Notes: a model not told the origin generated them from the sequence alone. A stretch of DNA of 64,000 nucleotides from Candidatus Saccharimonadia bacterium (GCA_036488585.1 DASXHH010000002.1:12-64011); one strand, 5' to 3'; shown: positions 46,362 through 56,364, counted from the first letter of the stretch. A program made the numbers and translations.

Positions 46362-47366
46362 ATGGTTTACGTTATTGTTCTAGGACTTCTGGTCCTTTCT
46401 GCCCTGTTTTCGGGGCTCACACTCGGGCTCATGAGCCTCGGGCCGCACGAATTGAAGCGCAAAATGGCGCTGGGGGACACGCGCGCTAAGAAGATCTACG
46501 CCGTGCGCCGGCGTGGGAACTTGCTGTTGGTGACGCTGCTGGTGGGCAATGTCGCCGCGATTTCGACGATGTCGATCTTTTTGGAGTCGATTTCCTCGGG
46601 ATTGGTGGCGGCGCTTGCGACTACGGGGCTCATCACGATATTCGGTGAGATTTTGCCGCAGGCGGTGTTTTCCCGCTACGCTTTGAGGTTGGGGGCCAGT
46701 ACCGCATGGCTCGTGCAGGGAATTATGTTCCTGCTCTACCCACTGGCAGCTCCCCTGGCCTGGATTTTGGATAAATCGCTGGGCGACGAACTGCCCACCC
46801 TGTATTCGCGCAAGGAGTTGGTGGGAATTTTGCGGGAACACGGCGGCAATATTCTCAAGACCGATGAGGAACGGATTGCGCGCGGCGCCCTGACGTTTAG
46901 CGAGAAGAAGATTACCGAGGTGATGACGCCGCGATTTATGGTGACCGGGATTGAGCAAGACCGGGTGCTCGACCGTAATACCATCGACGAGCTGCGACGG
47001 GCGGGATATTCGCGCATACCAGTGTACGATGAGACGCTCGACCGTGTGACCGGCATACTATACGCCCAGCAGCTGATAGACTCGGCCACCCACGGCAAGA
47101 CGGTAGCTGAGGTGTGCAGCAAGGACGTGTATTTCGTGAACGAGGATGCCAACCTCGACCACGCGCTGAACGCGTTTATTAAGACCAAGAATCACCTGTT
47201 TATGGTGGTCAACGGTTTTTCCGAATTTGTGGGAATTATCGCCATCGAGGACGTGCTCGAAGAGATCTTGGGCGTGGAGATTGTAGACGAATTCGACAAA
47301 TACGCGAACGTACGGGCAGTAGCCGAAAAGATGGGGCAGACGCGGGTGCCCCGAAATACGCTGTAG
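46362..47366 (+). CDS. HlyC/CorC (CNNM) family transporter: DUF21 + CBS pair
   Basis: 334 aa; 4 TM DUF21 N-terminus, 'ARGALTFSEKKITEVMTPR' linker, two CBS motifs. Confidence 0.8.
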   Translation: MVYVIVLGLLVLSALFSGLTLGLMSLGPHELKRKMALGDTRAKKIYAVRRRGNLLLVTLLVGNVAAISTMSIFLESISSGLVAALATTGLITIFGEILPQAVFSRYALRLGASTAWLVQGIMFLLYPLAAPLAWILDKSLGDELPTLYSRKELVGILREHGGNILKTDEERIARGALTFSEKKITEVMTPRFMVTGIEQDRVLDRNTIDELRRAGYSRIPVYDETLDRVTGILYAQQLIDSATHGKTVAEVCSKDVYFVNEDANLDHALNAFIKTKNHLFMVVNGFSEFVGIIAIEDVLEEILGVEIVDEFDKYANVRAVAEKMGQTRVPRNTL

Positions 47367-47371
47367 GCCAA

Positions 47372-47959
47372 GTGATGGCAGAGCCGGTGCGATGCAGTTG
47401 GGTGGGCGAAGACAAGCTAATGATTCGCTATCACGACGATGAGTGGGGTACGCCCGCACACGATGACCGGAAATTGTTTGAATACATGGTGCTCGATGCT
47501 TTTCAGGCGGGCCTGAGCTGGAGGATTGTGCTGCATAAGCGGCTAGCGTTTGACAGCTCGTTCGTACACTTTGAGCCGTCGACGGTGGTGACGTTTGGAG
47601 AGGCCGAGGTTGAGCGCCTGATGAATGATGCCGGCATTATCCGCAACCGGGCCAAGATAGTGGCTACCATTAACAATGCGGCGCGGGTGCTGGAGATTGT
47701 GCGTGAGTTTGGATCGCTAGACCAGTATTTGTGGGGTTTCGTGGGCGGGAGGACCTTAGATCATGCTTACGAAAATTCTAGCCAAATCGGGGCGACATCG
47801 CCCGAATCAGATGCCATGAGTCGGGATCTGAAGGCCAGGGGATTTAAGTTTATGGGCTCGACCGTGTGTTACGCGTTCATGCAAGGCGCGGGCATGGTGA
47901 ACGACCACTTAGTATCGTGCTTTCGCTATGACGAGCTCACAGGCAGGTCGGCCAGTTAA
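47372..47959 (+). CDS. tag: DNA-3-methyladenine glycosylase I
   Basis: 'RCSWVGEDKLMIRYHDDEWGTPAHDDRKLFEYMVLDAFQAGLSW' canonical Tag N-terminus. Confidence 0.85.
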   Translation: MMAEPVRCSWVGEDKLMIRYHDDEWGTPAHDDRKLFEYMVLDAFQAGLSWRIVLHKRLAFDSSFVHFEPSTVVTFGEAEVERLMNDAGIIRNRAKIVATINNAARVLEIVREFGSLDQYLWGFVGGRTLDHAYENSSQIGATSPESDAMSRDLKARGFKFMGSTVCYAFMQGAGMVNDHLVSCFRYDELTGRSAS

Positions 47960-48696
47960 CGTAGAACCACGGCCGCGGCGATGCGGGCTTCGGGGCGGCC
48001 GGTTTTGAGGGACTGCACGTGCGAGAAATAATTCGGATCGGAACCGGTGTCGATGCCGGGATCGTGAATATGGTCGGCAGGGACGCCGGCAGCGAGCAGT
48101 TGATCACGGTTATAGGACACGTAGTCGACTTGGATCTGACTGGGGCTCACTTCGTGCAAATACGGCTCCCAATCCTTTCCGACTAATTTATAAATGCCTT
48201 GATCGAAGACATATGACTTGGCCCTGACCGCCGGACCAAACGCCACCAGCAGATTCTGAGGTTCGCAATTGAATTCACTTTTTAGCCGATCTACCACCGT
48301 GGTGGCCAGGTGGCGCTTGGTGCTCTCGCGGGCTGCGTGGAGCAAGGCCACTACCCTTTTGGTTGGGTCGTAAATAATGGCGGGCAGACAATCTGCAACG
48401 CAGAGAAACAGCCCTACACCCTTTTGGTTGGTGATGAAGGCGTTGGCCTCGATGCTGCCGTTGACGGCTTGCATGCCAGCACCTCGATCATCTCGGGTGA
48501 CAATATGGATTTTGTCCTCCATCCCCCGCTGCTGAGCACAATCTTCCAAGGATAATCCGAGATGGTCCAAAAATGCTCGGCGATTTTCTAATACCGACTC
48601 GTGAGTACCAAAGCGTAGATCCATGTTGCCGTCGCCTGCGTCTGAATAAGCGTGCACTAAGCCGTCGTGGTTTGCGAGGATGGGAGATACATACAT
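47956..48696 (-). CDS. pgeF: purine-nucleoside phosphorylase/laccase-domain protein YfiH/PgeF family
   Basis: 246 aa; 'LFLCVADCLP' and 'HAAR' motifs of the DUF152/Cu-oxidase_4 family. Confidence 0.75.
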   Translation of the reverse strand: MYVSPILANHDGLVHAYSDAGDGNMDLRFGTHESVLENRRAFLDHLGLSLEDCAQQRGMEDKIHIVTRDDRGAGMQAVNGSIEANAFITNQKGVGLFLCVADCLPAIIYDPTKRVVALLHAARESTKRHLATTVVDRLKSEFNCEPQNLLVAFGPAVRAKSYVFDQGIYKLVGKDWEPYLHEVSPSQIQVDYVSYNRDQLLAAGVPADHIHDPGIDTGSDPNYFSHVQSLKTGRPEARIAAAVVLR

Positions 48697-48942
48697 AGAC
48701 CAATTATACCGCTGCTAGACCTGCACATTTTTTTAGCCAGCGGTAACGGCGGTAATGGTGTTGAAAGCGGCCAGCAAACGACGGAAGCCGGGATCTGCCA
48801 GCTCGTCGTAGGGCAAGGGCACGAGCTTGGCAGCGGGCGTAGGTCCACTCTCGGAGGGTAAGCGGAACGACATGGAGCCCCGGGCGGCGACATACATTTG
48901 GCACTGGAACGAATGAATCGGTGGGTTCACTGATTTTGGCCT

Positions 48943-49563
48943 TTAGTATTTGCGGATCAGGCCGATGACGACGCCTTGGATTTCGATGGGGTCGCCGGCG
49001 GGAACGATAATCGGCTCCATGGCAGAGTTTGAGGGCTGGAGACGGATGTGGTTCTTCTCTTTGTAGTAGCGCTTGAGTGTGGCCTCGCCGCCATTTAGAA
49101 GAGCGATGACCATTTCACCGTTGGAGGGGACGGACTTTTCCATGACAACCACGTAGTCACCCGTGTGGATGCCCTCGTCGATCATTGAATCGCCCTTGAC
49201 CTGCAAAACGTAGGAGTTGCGGCGGCCGACCATGAACGATGGGACCTCGAGGGTCTCGGGATGCAGGCCCAGGGTTTCGATGGGCTGACCGGCGGCTACT
49301 AGGCCCAAAATGGGCAGCGACATGGCCGGAGTGGCATCGACGTGGTCGGCGCGCACAAGCTGGATGGAGCGAGCTTCATTGTCGCCCTTTTGCAGCATGC
49401 CCTTGGCTACCAATGACTCGATGTGCTCTGCCACGGTGGCCACGGAGCCGTAGTTAAAGTGGGCGGCAATCTCGCGGTAGCTGGGTGCATAGCCGTGCAG
49501 CTCGATGAACTGCGTGACGTAATCGAGCACTTCTTTTTGACGTTTGGTTAATGGTTCCGCCAT
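48943..49563 (-). CDS. lexA: LexA repressor
   Basis: N-terminal wHTH 'LTKRQKEVLDYVTQFIELHGYAPSYREIAAHF', C-terminal S24 peptidase 'GDSMIDEGIHTGDYVVV…' with Ser/Lys dyad; start set at ATG 49563 (RBS GGAGGG) which aligns with canonical LexA N-termini; longest ORF begins 49620. Confidence 0.85.
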   Translation of the reverse strand: MAEPLTKRQKEVLDYVTQFIELHGYAPSYREIAAHFNYGSVATVAEHIESLVAKGMLQKGDNEARSIQLVRADHVDATPAMSLPILGLVAAGQPIETLGLHPETLEVPSFMVGRRNSYVLQVKGDSMIDEGIHTGDYVVVMEKSVPSNGEMVIALLNGGEATLKRYYKEKNHIRLQPSNSAMEPIIVPAGDPIEIQGVVIGLIRKY

Positions 49564-49580
49564 AGACCCTCCTGGACTTA

Positions 49581-49603
49581 GTTCGGTTTCCATACTACCG
49601 AAC
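49581..49603. promoter_or_regulatory. candidate SOS operator: perfect palindrome GTTCGGT-N9-ACCGAAC just upstream of lexA
   Basis: GTTCGGTttccatactACCGAAC, 18-40 nt upstream of the lexA start; a minus-strand TATAAT lies at 49637-49632. Confidence 0.4.
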
Positions 49604-49708
49604 AAATGCCGAAGCGTCAAGTACCTGGGCGATTATACCCTTACGTCACGTTAAACTCATCCCCAAAATTTTGCAGGTTCAGCGTAGGTGCTCCCACTCT
49701 CACGGAAA

Positions 49709-51547
49709 TTAGTTGTACTGTTTTTGGACAGGGAAGTTGGTGGATGGCTGGTAGTAGGTATTGATGGTGTCAGTCTTAATGACATTGCCACTTAGATCAA
49801 GGATATCGCGCCAGAAGACGGTGTGGGAGGCCTGAGTGGCGTCGCTTGAGCCAGAAATGAACTGCGGGCCACGGATTTGGCCGTATTTGGTTTTGGTGCC
49901 GAAGAAGTCGAACTTTAGGTCGGTGCCCTGCATGTGGGTTTGGATGAGGATGTAGGCACCAGTGTCGTTGGTGAACTTGAGGTCGACTTCGGGGTAGTAG
50001 ATGGTGGCGTCGACGCCAGGCACACCGTAGGGCGCCGTGTAGTAGCTAACGGCAAAGCTGTGATTGTGGCGCTCGACGATGGGCAGGCCGGCGAGCAACG
50101 CGGCGCGATAGGCGGTGGTGGCCACCTGGCAGAGGCCGCCGCCGTACTGTTTTTCCTCGTGGTTGCCGAGAATGACCAGCTCGGGAACATAGCCTTGAGC
50201 GGGGCCGACGTCGCCGAGGATTTTGCCGAAGCTAAAGGTCTCACCAGGCGCCAGCAAAACGTCGTTGAATCGAGCGGCGCCGACGCGGACGTTGGTGATG
50301 CGAGCGGATGTGGAGCCGGGGAAAGTAGTCTCCCCTTCCGAGAGCAGCTCTTTGATGCCGAGGGAGGCGAGGTTGGTTTCGTTGACGGCGGGAGTGGTAG
50401 TGGTGAGCTTAAGGCTAACATGACGGCCGTCGCCGGTTTTGGTGAGGGCCGACAATATTTGGTTGTCGGCATCGGTTTGGTCGAGTTTAACGCCGGTGTG
50501 GCTAGGACTGACAACGGAGATCTGGCCGTCCTGCATGGCCAATCCAGCGTTTTGCGGGGTCTGGTCAATGCCGCTGGCAAGGTCGGCCACGTAGCTTTTA
50601 ACGGCGGCTGGGCTGAGGCCAAGGCTAGCTGCGGGTGGTGGCGGGTAGAGGTCGTTTAGGTCGTGGGAATCGAGGAATTGGTGGACCGGTTTGGCGCTCA
50701 CTTGGATCCAGGAAATGATAGTGTTTTGATCGATGTCACGATCGACGCCATTATACGAGAGGGTGATGGGGCCGGTCACGTAGTTGTCGATCTGGGGCAC
50801 GGCAGCTTGGAGCGTAGCCGTGTCGAGCTGGGGTGCGAGTTGGTAGACGGGTGCAGTGATGGGGTTGTCGGAGGCGGACGCGAGCCGGGTGTTCACAAGC
50901 TCAACGAGGCGTCCGAAGTCGAGGCGGGAGCCGGATTGGGCGGGCGTAACCTGAGCCTGGTTGTTGTTGAAGCCGAGGCTAGCATCCTGGACCGGCGACA
51001 CTATGTCATCGGCCATGTCGGTAAGGTACGGGGCCAGATGGTCGTCGGGGAACTGAAAATCAGAGAAATCAGTGAACCTGCCAGCTAGAGCGCGGGCCTG
51101 GGCGTGGATCTGGGTTTTGAGGTTACCGGTGCGGCCGAAATTATAGGCGGCCGCGGCAGCTTTGGCGGTGTCGTATTGGACGGACAGACTCGCGATCGGG
51201 ATGCGGAGGGTGGAGTCGCCGTGGGTGATGGTTATGACGCCACCCTGGAAGCCTTGAACCTTGTCGGCAAGCTTGGACGCCGCCTCGGACTTAGTGAGTC
51301 CGCCGAGGTCCACGCCGTCAGCCGTGATACCGGGGTAGATCTTGCCGGCGCACACAAACTCGAAGCTGGCCGTCAGGAGGATGGCTAAGCCTAATAAGCT
51401 GCCGGCGGCACGCAGCCATAGAGGTGAGCGCTGCCAGGCATTATCGGTTTCTGAGGCTTGAGCGGAGGCAGTGTCGTCCTCGAAATCCTCGAGCTCGAGA
51501 GCCTCTTCGGCCTCGGCCGCGACTGGTTTGAGTTTACGCTTTGGCAT
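49709..51547 (-). CDS. VanW-family protein with N-terminal membrane anchor and extended extracytoplasmic region
   Basis: 612 aa; 'GETFSFGKILG…GY…GGGLCQVATTAYRAALLAGLPIVERHNHSF' matches the VanW core. Confidence 0.75.
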   Translation of the reverse strand: MPKRKLKPVAAEAEEALELEDFEDDTASAQASETDNAWQRSPLWLRAAGSLLGLAILLTASFEFVCAGKIYPGITADGVDLGGLTKSEAASKLADKVQGFQGGVITITHGDSTLRIPIASLSVQYDTAKAAAAAYNFGRTGNLKTQIHAQARALAGRFTDFSDFQFPDDHLAPYLTDMADDIVSPVQDASLGFNNNQAQVTPAQSGSRLDFGRLVELVNTRLASASDNPITAPVYQLAPQLDTATLQAAVPQIDNYVTGPITLSYNGVDRDIDQNTIISWIQVSAKPVHQFLDSHDLNDLYPPPPAASLGLSPAAVKSYVADLASGIDQTPQNAGLAMQDGQISVVSPSHTGVKLDQTDADNQILSALTKTGDGRHVSLKLTTTTPAVNETNLASLGIKELLSEGETTFPGSTSARITNVRVGAARFNDVLLAPGETFSFGKILGDVGPAQGYVPELVILGNHEEKQYGGGLCQVATTAYRAALLAGLPIVERHNHSFAVSYYTAPYGVPGVDATIYYPEVDLKFTNDTGAYILIQTHMQGTDLKFDFFGTKTKYGQIRGPQFISGSSDATQASHTVFWRDILDLSGNVIKTDTINTYYQPSTNFPVQKQYN

Positions 51548-51593
51548 GTAAGCACATTATTACACAAAATGTCTGTATCCTGGGGTCGAAAAA

Positions 51594-53423
51594 TTACTCG
51601 ACGGTGACGGATTTGGCCAGGTTGCGGGGTTGGTCGACGTCGGTGCCGCGTTCAACGGCGATGTAGTAGGCCAGCAGCTGAAGCGGGATGGTAGCCAAAA
51701 TGGGCTGGGTCCATGGCGACGAGTCGGGAATATATATGATGTCGTCACTAAAGGCTTTGAGCGATTCGTCGCCGGCCGTGCCGACAATGATGGGGTTGGC
51801 ACCGCGGGCACGAACTTCTTCGAGATTGGAGCGGGATTTGTCGTAAATGGAATTTTTAGGCATGAGGTACACCACCATAAAATCCGGATCGATTAGGGCG
51901 ATGGGGCCGTGTTTCATTTCACCGCCGGCGTAAGCTTCGGCATGAATATACGAAACTTCCTTGAGCTTGATGGCGCCTTCCATAGCAACCGGATAGAGGG
52001 TATCGCGACCGAGGAAGAAGGCGTTTTCGTAATGAGCGAATTTCTTGGCGATTTTCTTTATATGTTCGCGCGAGTCGAGTACTTTTTGGACCTGGTCAGG
52101 CAGCGCTTCCAAGGCCTGAACAACTTCTTTACCCTCCGTGAGGGACAGCCCCCGACGGCGGCCGATATGCAGGCCGAGGAGCAGCTGAGCAACCACCATG
52201 GCGGTGAGGGCTTTGGTGGAGGCAACTGAAACCTCAGGGCCAGCGTGGAGGTAGATGCCGCCGTCGACTTCACGGGCCAGGCTGGAGCCGACCACATTGA
52301 CGATGCCAAGAGCCGGGATGCCACGGCGCTTAACTTCGCGCAACGAGGCCAAGGTGTCGGCAGTTTCGCCGGACTGGCTGACAAAGAACGAGATAGTGCC
52401 GGGAGTGAGGGCGGCGTCGCGGTAGCGGAATTCGGAGCCAAGCTCGACATCGGTGGGGAGACCGGTGAGGCGTTCGAGCTGATATTTGCCAAGAAGCGTA
52501 CAGATGGAGGCCGACCCGCAGGCGATGCCCAGGAAGCGGGTCTGTTTGCGCAGGGTGTCGTCTGATAGGTTGAGACCGCCGAGGTGACTGGTACCGGCTT
52601 CAGGGTCGAGACGGCCGCGCAGGACATTACGAATGGTCTCGGGCTGCTCCATAATCTCTTTGAGCAAGAAATGGTCGTAGCCGGCCTTTTCGATGGCCTT
52701 GAGCTCGAGGCTAATTTGCTGTTCGTCGTGCTGCTGTTGCTCCTGCTCGAAGTCGATGATTTCGTACTTGCCGGGGGTGCAGATGGCGATCTCGTCGTCT
52801 TCGAGGTAAACCACGCGGTCGGTGTGGCCGATGACGGCAGTGGCATCGGAGGCCAGGAAGATGGCGTCGTCTGAGACCCCGATGAGGAGGGGGCTGCCGC
52901 GGCGGGCGGCCACGATTTTGCCGGGCTCTTGCTCGTCGAGTACCAGCACTGCGAAGGTGCCTTCGACCTCGAGCAAGGCGGAGAGCACAGCGGACTCGAG
53001 CGATTCGGCAGGCTCGCGCTTCGTGGCGATCAGGTGGGCCAGTACTTCGGTGTCAGTGTCGGAGACGAAATGGCGGCCGTGCTTGGATGCCAGATCGGCC
53101 TTGAGCTCGGCGTAGTTTTCGATGATGCCATTGTGGACGATGGTAATGGGGCCGGCCTGATGCGGGTGGGCGTTAAGCTCGCCCGGCGCGCCGTGGGTGG
53201 CCCAGCGGGTATGGCCAATGCCGGTGGTTCCTTTGGGCCTGGCGGTGTCGAGGGCTTTAGTGAGGTTGGCAATTTTACCCGGCCGCTTTACGACGGTGGT
53301 GCGACCACCGTTGAGCAGGGCCACGCCAGCTGAGTCATAGCCACGGTATTCCATGCGGCGCAGGCCGTTTAGTAGTACCGGCAGGGCGTCTTTGGGACCA
53401 ACATATCCAACGATTCCGCACAT
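51594..53423 (-). CDS. glmS: glutamine--fructose-6-phosphate aminotransferase (isomerising)
   Basis: 609 aa; 'MCGIVGYVG' Ntn-amidotransferase start, two SIS domains, C-terminal '…AKSVTVE'. Confidence 0.95.
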   Translation of the reverse strand: MCGIVGYVGPKDALPVLLNGLRRMEYRGYDSAGVALLNGGRTTVVKRPGKIANLTKALDTARPKGTTGIGHTRWATHGAPGELNAHPHQAGPITIVHNGIIENYAELKADLASKHGRHFVSDTDTEVLAHLIATKREPAESLESAVLSALLEVEGTFAVLVLDEQEPGKIVAARRGSPLLIGVSDDAIFLASDATAVIGHTDRVVYLEDDEIAICTPGKYEIIDFEQEQQQHDEQQISLELKAIEKAGYDHFLLKEIMEQPETIRNVLRGRLDPEAGTSHLGGLNLSDDTLRKQTRFLGIACGSASICTLLGKYQLERLTGLPTDVELGSEFRYRDAALTPGTISFFVSQSGETADTLASLREVKRRGIPALGIVNVVGSSLAREVDGGIYLHAGPEVSVASTKALTAMVVAQLLLGLHIGRRRGLSLTEGKEVVQALEALPDQVQKVLDSREHIKKIAKKFAHYENAFFLGRDTLYPVAMEGAIKLKEVSYIHAEAYAGGEMKHGPIALIDPDFMVVYLMPKNSIYDKSRSNLEEVRARGANPIIVGTAGDESLKAFSDDIIYIPDSSPWTQPILATIPLQLLAYYIAVERGTDVDQPRNLAKSVTVE

Positions 53424-53435
53424 AGGCCAGGTTTC

Positions 53436-54515
53436 CTACAGGTAAGACTTATTGGCGTCCGTTGCCAAAAGTTTTTGGATATCCTTGATTTTTTCAATCT
53501 TGTTCTTGGGGATCACCAGGAGGACGTCGTCGGTATCTACCACTACTAGGTTCTCGATGCCGGCTACGGCGATGAGCTTGTCCTTGTTGGACGTCTTAAT
53601 GAGTGACTCGGTAGCGTCCACGGTGACCACATTGCCGTCGGCGTAGTTACTGCCGCCGTTGCTAAAGAACTCGTAGAGCGAGCCCCAGGTACCAAAGTCG
53701 ATCCATTTGAATTTGGTGAGGATGATGATCCCCTTACCCATGACATGGCGGGTAACTTCTTCGGTAGGGCCGACGGCCATCTCGGAGTAGATGCGTTCGA
53801 TCTCAGCATCTTCGCCCGGTTTGCCAATGGCCTGCTTCATCTCCATGAGGGCTTCGTACCAGTCGGGACGGTGCTGCTTGTAGGCATCGAGGAACATTTT
53901 GGGATACCAGCAAGTGTGGTTGCAGTGGACGACCACGTGGAAGCTCTCGACCAGCTTCTTGGTCTCGGAGAAGGTGGACTTGCGGCCGATGAACTCGTCG
54001 ACAGAGTAGATCTCCTGGTTGGACTCGTGCTGGACCTTCTCTGACAGTTTGAGGTAGTCGACGCCCATATCAGGTTCGGTCGCCTTAATACCACCAGTGA
54101 CATACTTCTTTTCGCGCTCAACGATCTTCCCTGCGTCCTCTATGAACTGCAGGAACTCCTCTTCGGGCTGGCGGACGTTGTCTGATTGGACGATCATGAA
54201 CGGCTCGTCGGGATGGTGGAGACTGAGCTGCAGGACGGCCAGGCCCTCGGCGGGGCCACGGTCTTTCTTAACATCGGGCTCAATTATGTAGTTGCGCAGC
54301 GGGATCTGGGGCGCCTGTTCGGAAACGTATTTAATAAATTTGCGCTTGGTGGAGACGAAGATATCTTCGGGGGCAAATTTGCGGAGCAATGTCTCGATGT
54401 TATAGGTGAACGGAGATTTGTCTCCGAGAATGGGCTGGAACTGCTTGGGCTTAGATTCGCGGGAGTAGGGCCAGAGCTTGGTCCCCTGTCCACCGGCGAC
54501 AACAATTATCTTCAT
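53436..54515 (-). CDS. sugar-phosphate nucleotidyltransferase, mannose-1-phosphate guanylyltransferase-like
   Basis: 'MKIIVVAGGQGTKLWPYSR' matches the G-G-x-G-T-R-L pyrophosphorylase loop; start set at ATG 54515 (longest ORF to 54557 would overlap the Doc gene); 12 nt upstream of glmS. Confidence 0.7.
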   Translation of the reverse strand: MKIIVVAGGQGTKLWPYSRESKPKQFQPILGDKSPFTYNIETLLRKFAPEDIFVSTKRKFIKYVSEQAPQIPLRNYIIEPDVKKDRGPAEGLAVLQLSLHHPDEPFMIVQSDNVRQPEEEFLQFIEDAGKIVEREKKYVTGGIKATEPDMGVDYLKLSEKVQHESNQEIYSVDEFIGRKSTFSETKKLVESFHVVVHCNHTCWYPKMFLDAYKQHRPDWYEALMEMKQAIGKPGEDAEIERIYSEMAVGPTEEVTRHVMGKGIIILTKFKWIDFGTWGSLYEFFSNGGSNYADGNVVTVDATESLIKTSNKDKLIAVAGIENLVVVDTDDVLLVIPKNKIEKIKDIQKLLATDANKSYL

Positions 54516-54520
54516 GGCGC

Positions 54521-54910
54521 TTATTGTACTCCATGCTTGGTACGTTGGCGCAACCAAGTGGAGATGTTCGGAACATCAAGATGCTTGGTGGCAACTTCAA
54601 CTGCAAAGTTTTCGATATCGCGAGCTTGGGCGGAGAAAGGCAGGTCGTTCAGGACGAGTAGTGTAATACCGGCCAACATGGCGGTAGGCTTATTTCCATT
54701 GACGAAGGCATGGTCCGCAATCAAACCCCTGATGAGAGCCGCAGCTTTGTCGATAATGGTCGGGTACAGCTCCTCTCCGAAGACGTTCTGAGTCTGCGCG
54801 GCAAGGGCCGCTTCGAGACGACCCAAGTCACGCAGGCCCGCACTACCGCCGGTTGTCTCTATAGCTAAGGCGTGAAGCTCAAGCAATTGCTCCAAGGTGA
54901 GAACGATCAT
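54521..54910 (-). CDS. type II toxin-antitoxin toxin, Doc (death-on-curing)/Fic family
   Basis: 129 aa; Fic-like motif 'HAFVNGNKP' (H-x-F-x-N-G-N-K); 4-nt overlap with upstream antitoxin gene. Confidence 0.75.
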   Translation of the reverse strand: MIVLTLEQLLELHALAIETTGGSAGLRDLGRLEAALAAQTQNVFGEELYPTIIDKAAALIRGLIADHAFVNGNKPTAMLAGITLLVLNDLPFSAQARDIENFAVEVATKHLDVPNISTWLRQRTKHGVQ

Positions 54911-55128
54911 CTACCGGACAGGTTCTCAAAATCTTGCTTATATTCGGCAAGAATATTTCTGGCAACGCTCAAGACCTTCTGATCCTCAGTAGTAGTGCTG
55001 TGCAATGGACGTACGATTACCTCCACCTCGTCGCCAAAGTTAAGGTTCTGCCTCTTAAGCTCTTTGGCGGGGATAGTTACGCCACCACTTGAGCCAATCT
55101 TGATGATTTTCTGAATGCTTTGAATCAT
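54907..55128 (-). CDS. antitoxin, AbrB/MazE/SpoVT-fold (Phd-like partner of Doc)
   Basis: 73 aa; 'IIKIGSSGGVTIPAKELKRQNLNFGDEVEV' swapped-hairpin motif. Confidence 0.6.
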   Translation of the reverse strand: MIQSIQKIIKIGSSGGVTIPAKELKRQNLNFGDEVEVIVRPLHSTTTEDQKVLSVARNILAEYKQDFENLSGR

Positions 55129-55513
55129 GCGCGTATTATAACAATGTTATAATACTGCGGCAATTACCTGTTTCCTTCTGTTGGAAGAAATTCGTTAACA
55201 AAGCCGGCACGGCTGATGTAGTGAGCGTCGTCTGACCCACCAAGGCAACCACCAGGTCTTAGTAAAAGCTAGCGGGATCGCTCGTAACTTGCCCGCGTAT
55301 TTGTCCTAGAGGGCTAGGACACTTTTTGTGCATTTTTAGCCTTAATTATGCAATAATCCTTGCACCTACTTTCTACGAAAAACGGAGTAGGAGGGGTTGG
55401 CACATTAACGTACATCCCCAGCAAAGAAAACAAAACATAACTAATAAACACCGACACCACCACTTAACGCTTCTAATATTTCCTAGCTGCCACTACTGAC
55501 CACATAACTACCA

Positions 55514-56356
55514 ATGAAGCTACCCGTAATAACCCTAAAACAACGAGAAATACTAAAGCTACTTTACAGATACCGGTTCCTTAACCGCATCCAGATTCAG
55601 GCTATGATGCATCACAAAGATTACCGCCGGATTAACGCTTGGCTAAGTGACCTGCGAGAAAAGGGCTACATAGGACGAATTTATTCCACTGATTTTACTG
55701 AGAAAACGAAGCCAGCCATTTGCTATTTAGCCCTCAACGGCATTCGGGAACTGGGTAAGCAAACTACCAAACGCGACGACGGCCAAGAGCACCACGCCTA
55801 CCCAGTACTGGAGTTACGTAAGCGTTACCGGGAATCTAGCCGTTCTGCAGGCTTCGTGGCCCGCTCGGTTCTCATCGCCGAGTGTTGCATGGTTTTGGAG
55901 GCGAAAACCAATCAGGAGACTCGCTACGTCTACATGGTGCCCGTCGACTACGCAAGCGATGACCACAACTTCCACTTTCTGGCTGAAAGTGAGACGGCGA
56001 ACCCGCATCTGTGTTTCATTAAGGAGCAAGGCGCCAAGGGTAGTGGGACTATAGCCAATTATCTCCTGGAAGTCCTTGATGAGACTCTCCCCCGCTACCG
56101 CCTGAAATTCCGAATCAAGCAGTACATTGCTTTCCTGTCAGATGACGAATGGGAGAGCGGCGATAACGATCCACCGCCCATCATATTGCTGGTGTGCGCG
56201 AACAAGACCGACCTGATCTACGCCAAACGGCGAGCCAAAGCCCTGCTCGATAACGATTGGGATACAGATGATGAGGATAGGCCGCATATACGTTTTGCAA
56301 CCACCGCTCAGGTTAAACAAGAGGGTGTTACGGCAAGGATTTGGGAGCAAGCGTAG
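55514..56356 (+). CDS. replication-relaxation family protein (Replic_Relax; plasmid/integrative-element type)
   Basis: 280 aa; N-terminal wHTH 'LKQREILKLLYRYRFLNRIQIQAMM' and 'YLALNGIRELG' region characteristic of Replic_Relax proteins of actinobacterial plasmids/AICEs; preceded by 385-nt AT-rich region. Confidence 0.6.
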   Translation: MKLPVITLKQREILKLLYRYRFLNRIQIQAMMHHKDYRRINAWLSDLREKGYIGRIYSTDFTEKTKPAICYLALNGIRELGKQTTKRDDGQEHHAYPVLELRKRYRESSRSAGFVARSVLIAECCMVLEAKTNQETRYVYMVPVDYASDDHNFHFLAESETANPHLCFIKEQGAKGSGTIANYLLEVLDETLPRYRLKFRIKQYIAFLSDDEWESGDNDPPPIILLVCANKTDLIYAKRRAKALLDNDWDTDDEDRPHIRFATTAQVKQEGVTARIWEQA

Positions 56357-56364
56357 GGGTAATA

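Noticed and set aside
49915-50659. 235-aa minus and 241-aa plus ORFs inside the VanW gene
   Set aside because: Alternative-frame shadow ORFs with Ala/Pro/Ser-rich low-complexity translations; VanW frame has clear family motifs.
52058-52846. 262-aa minus-strand ORF within glmS in another frame
   Set aside because: Shadow ORF; glmS frame is unambiguous.
53424-53435. Looked for a glmS ribozyme upstream of glmS
   Set aside because: glmS begins 12 nt after the stop of the upstream nucleotidyltransferase gene; there is no room for the about 170-nt ribozyme, and no matching conserved core was seen.
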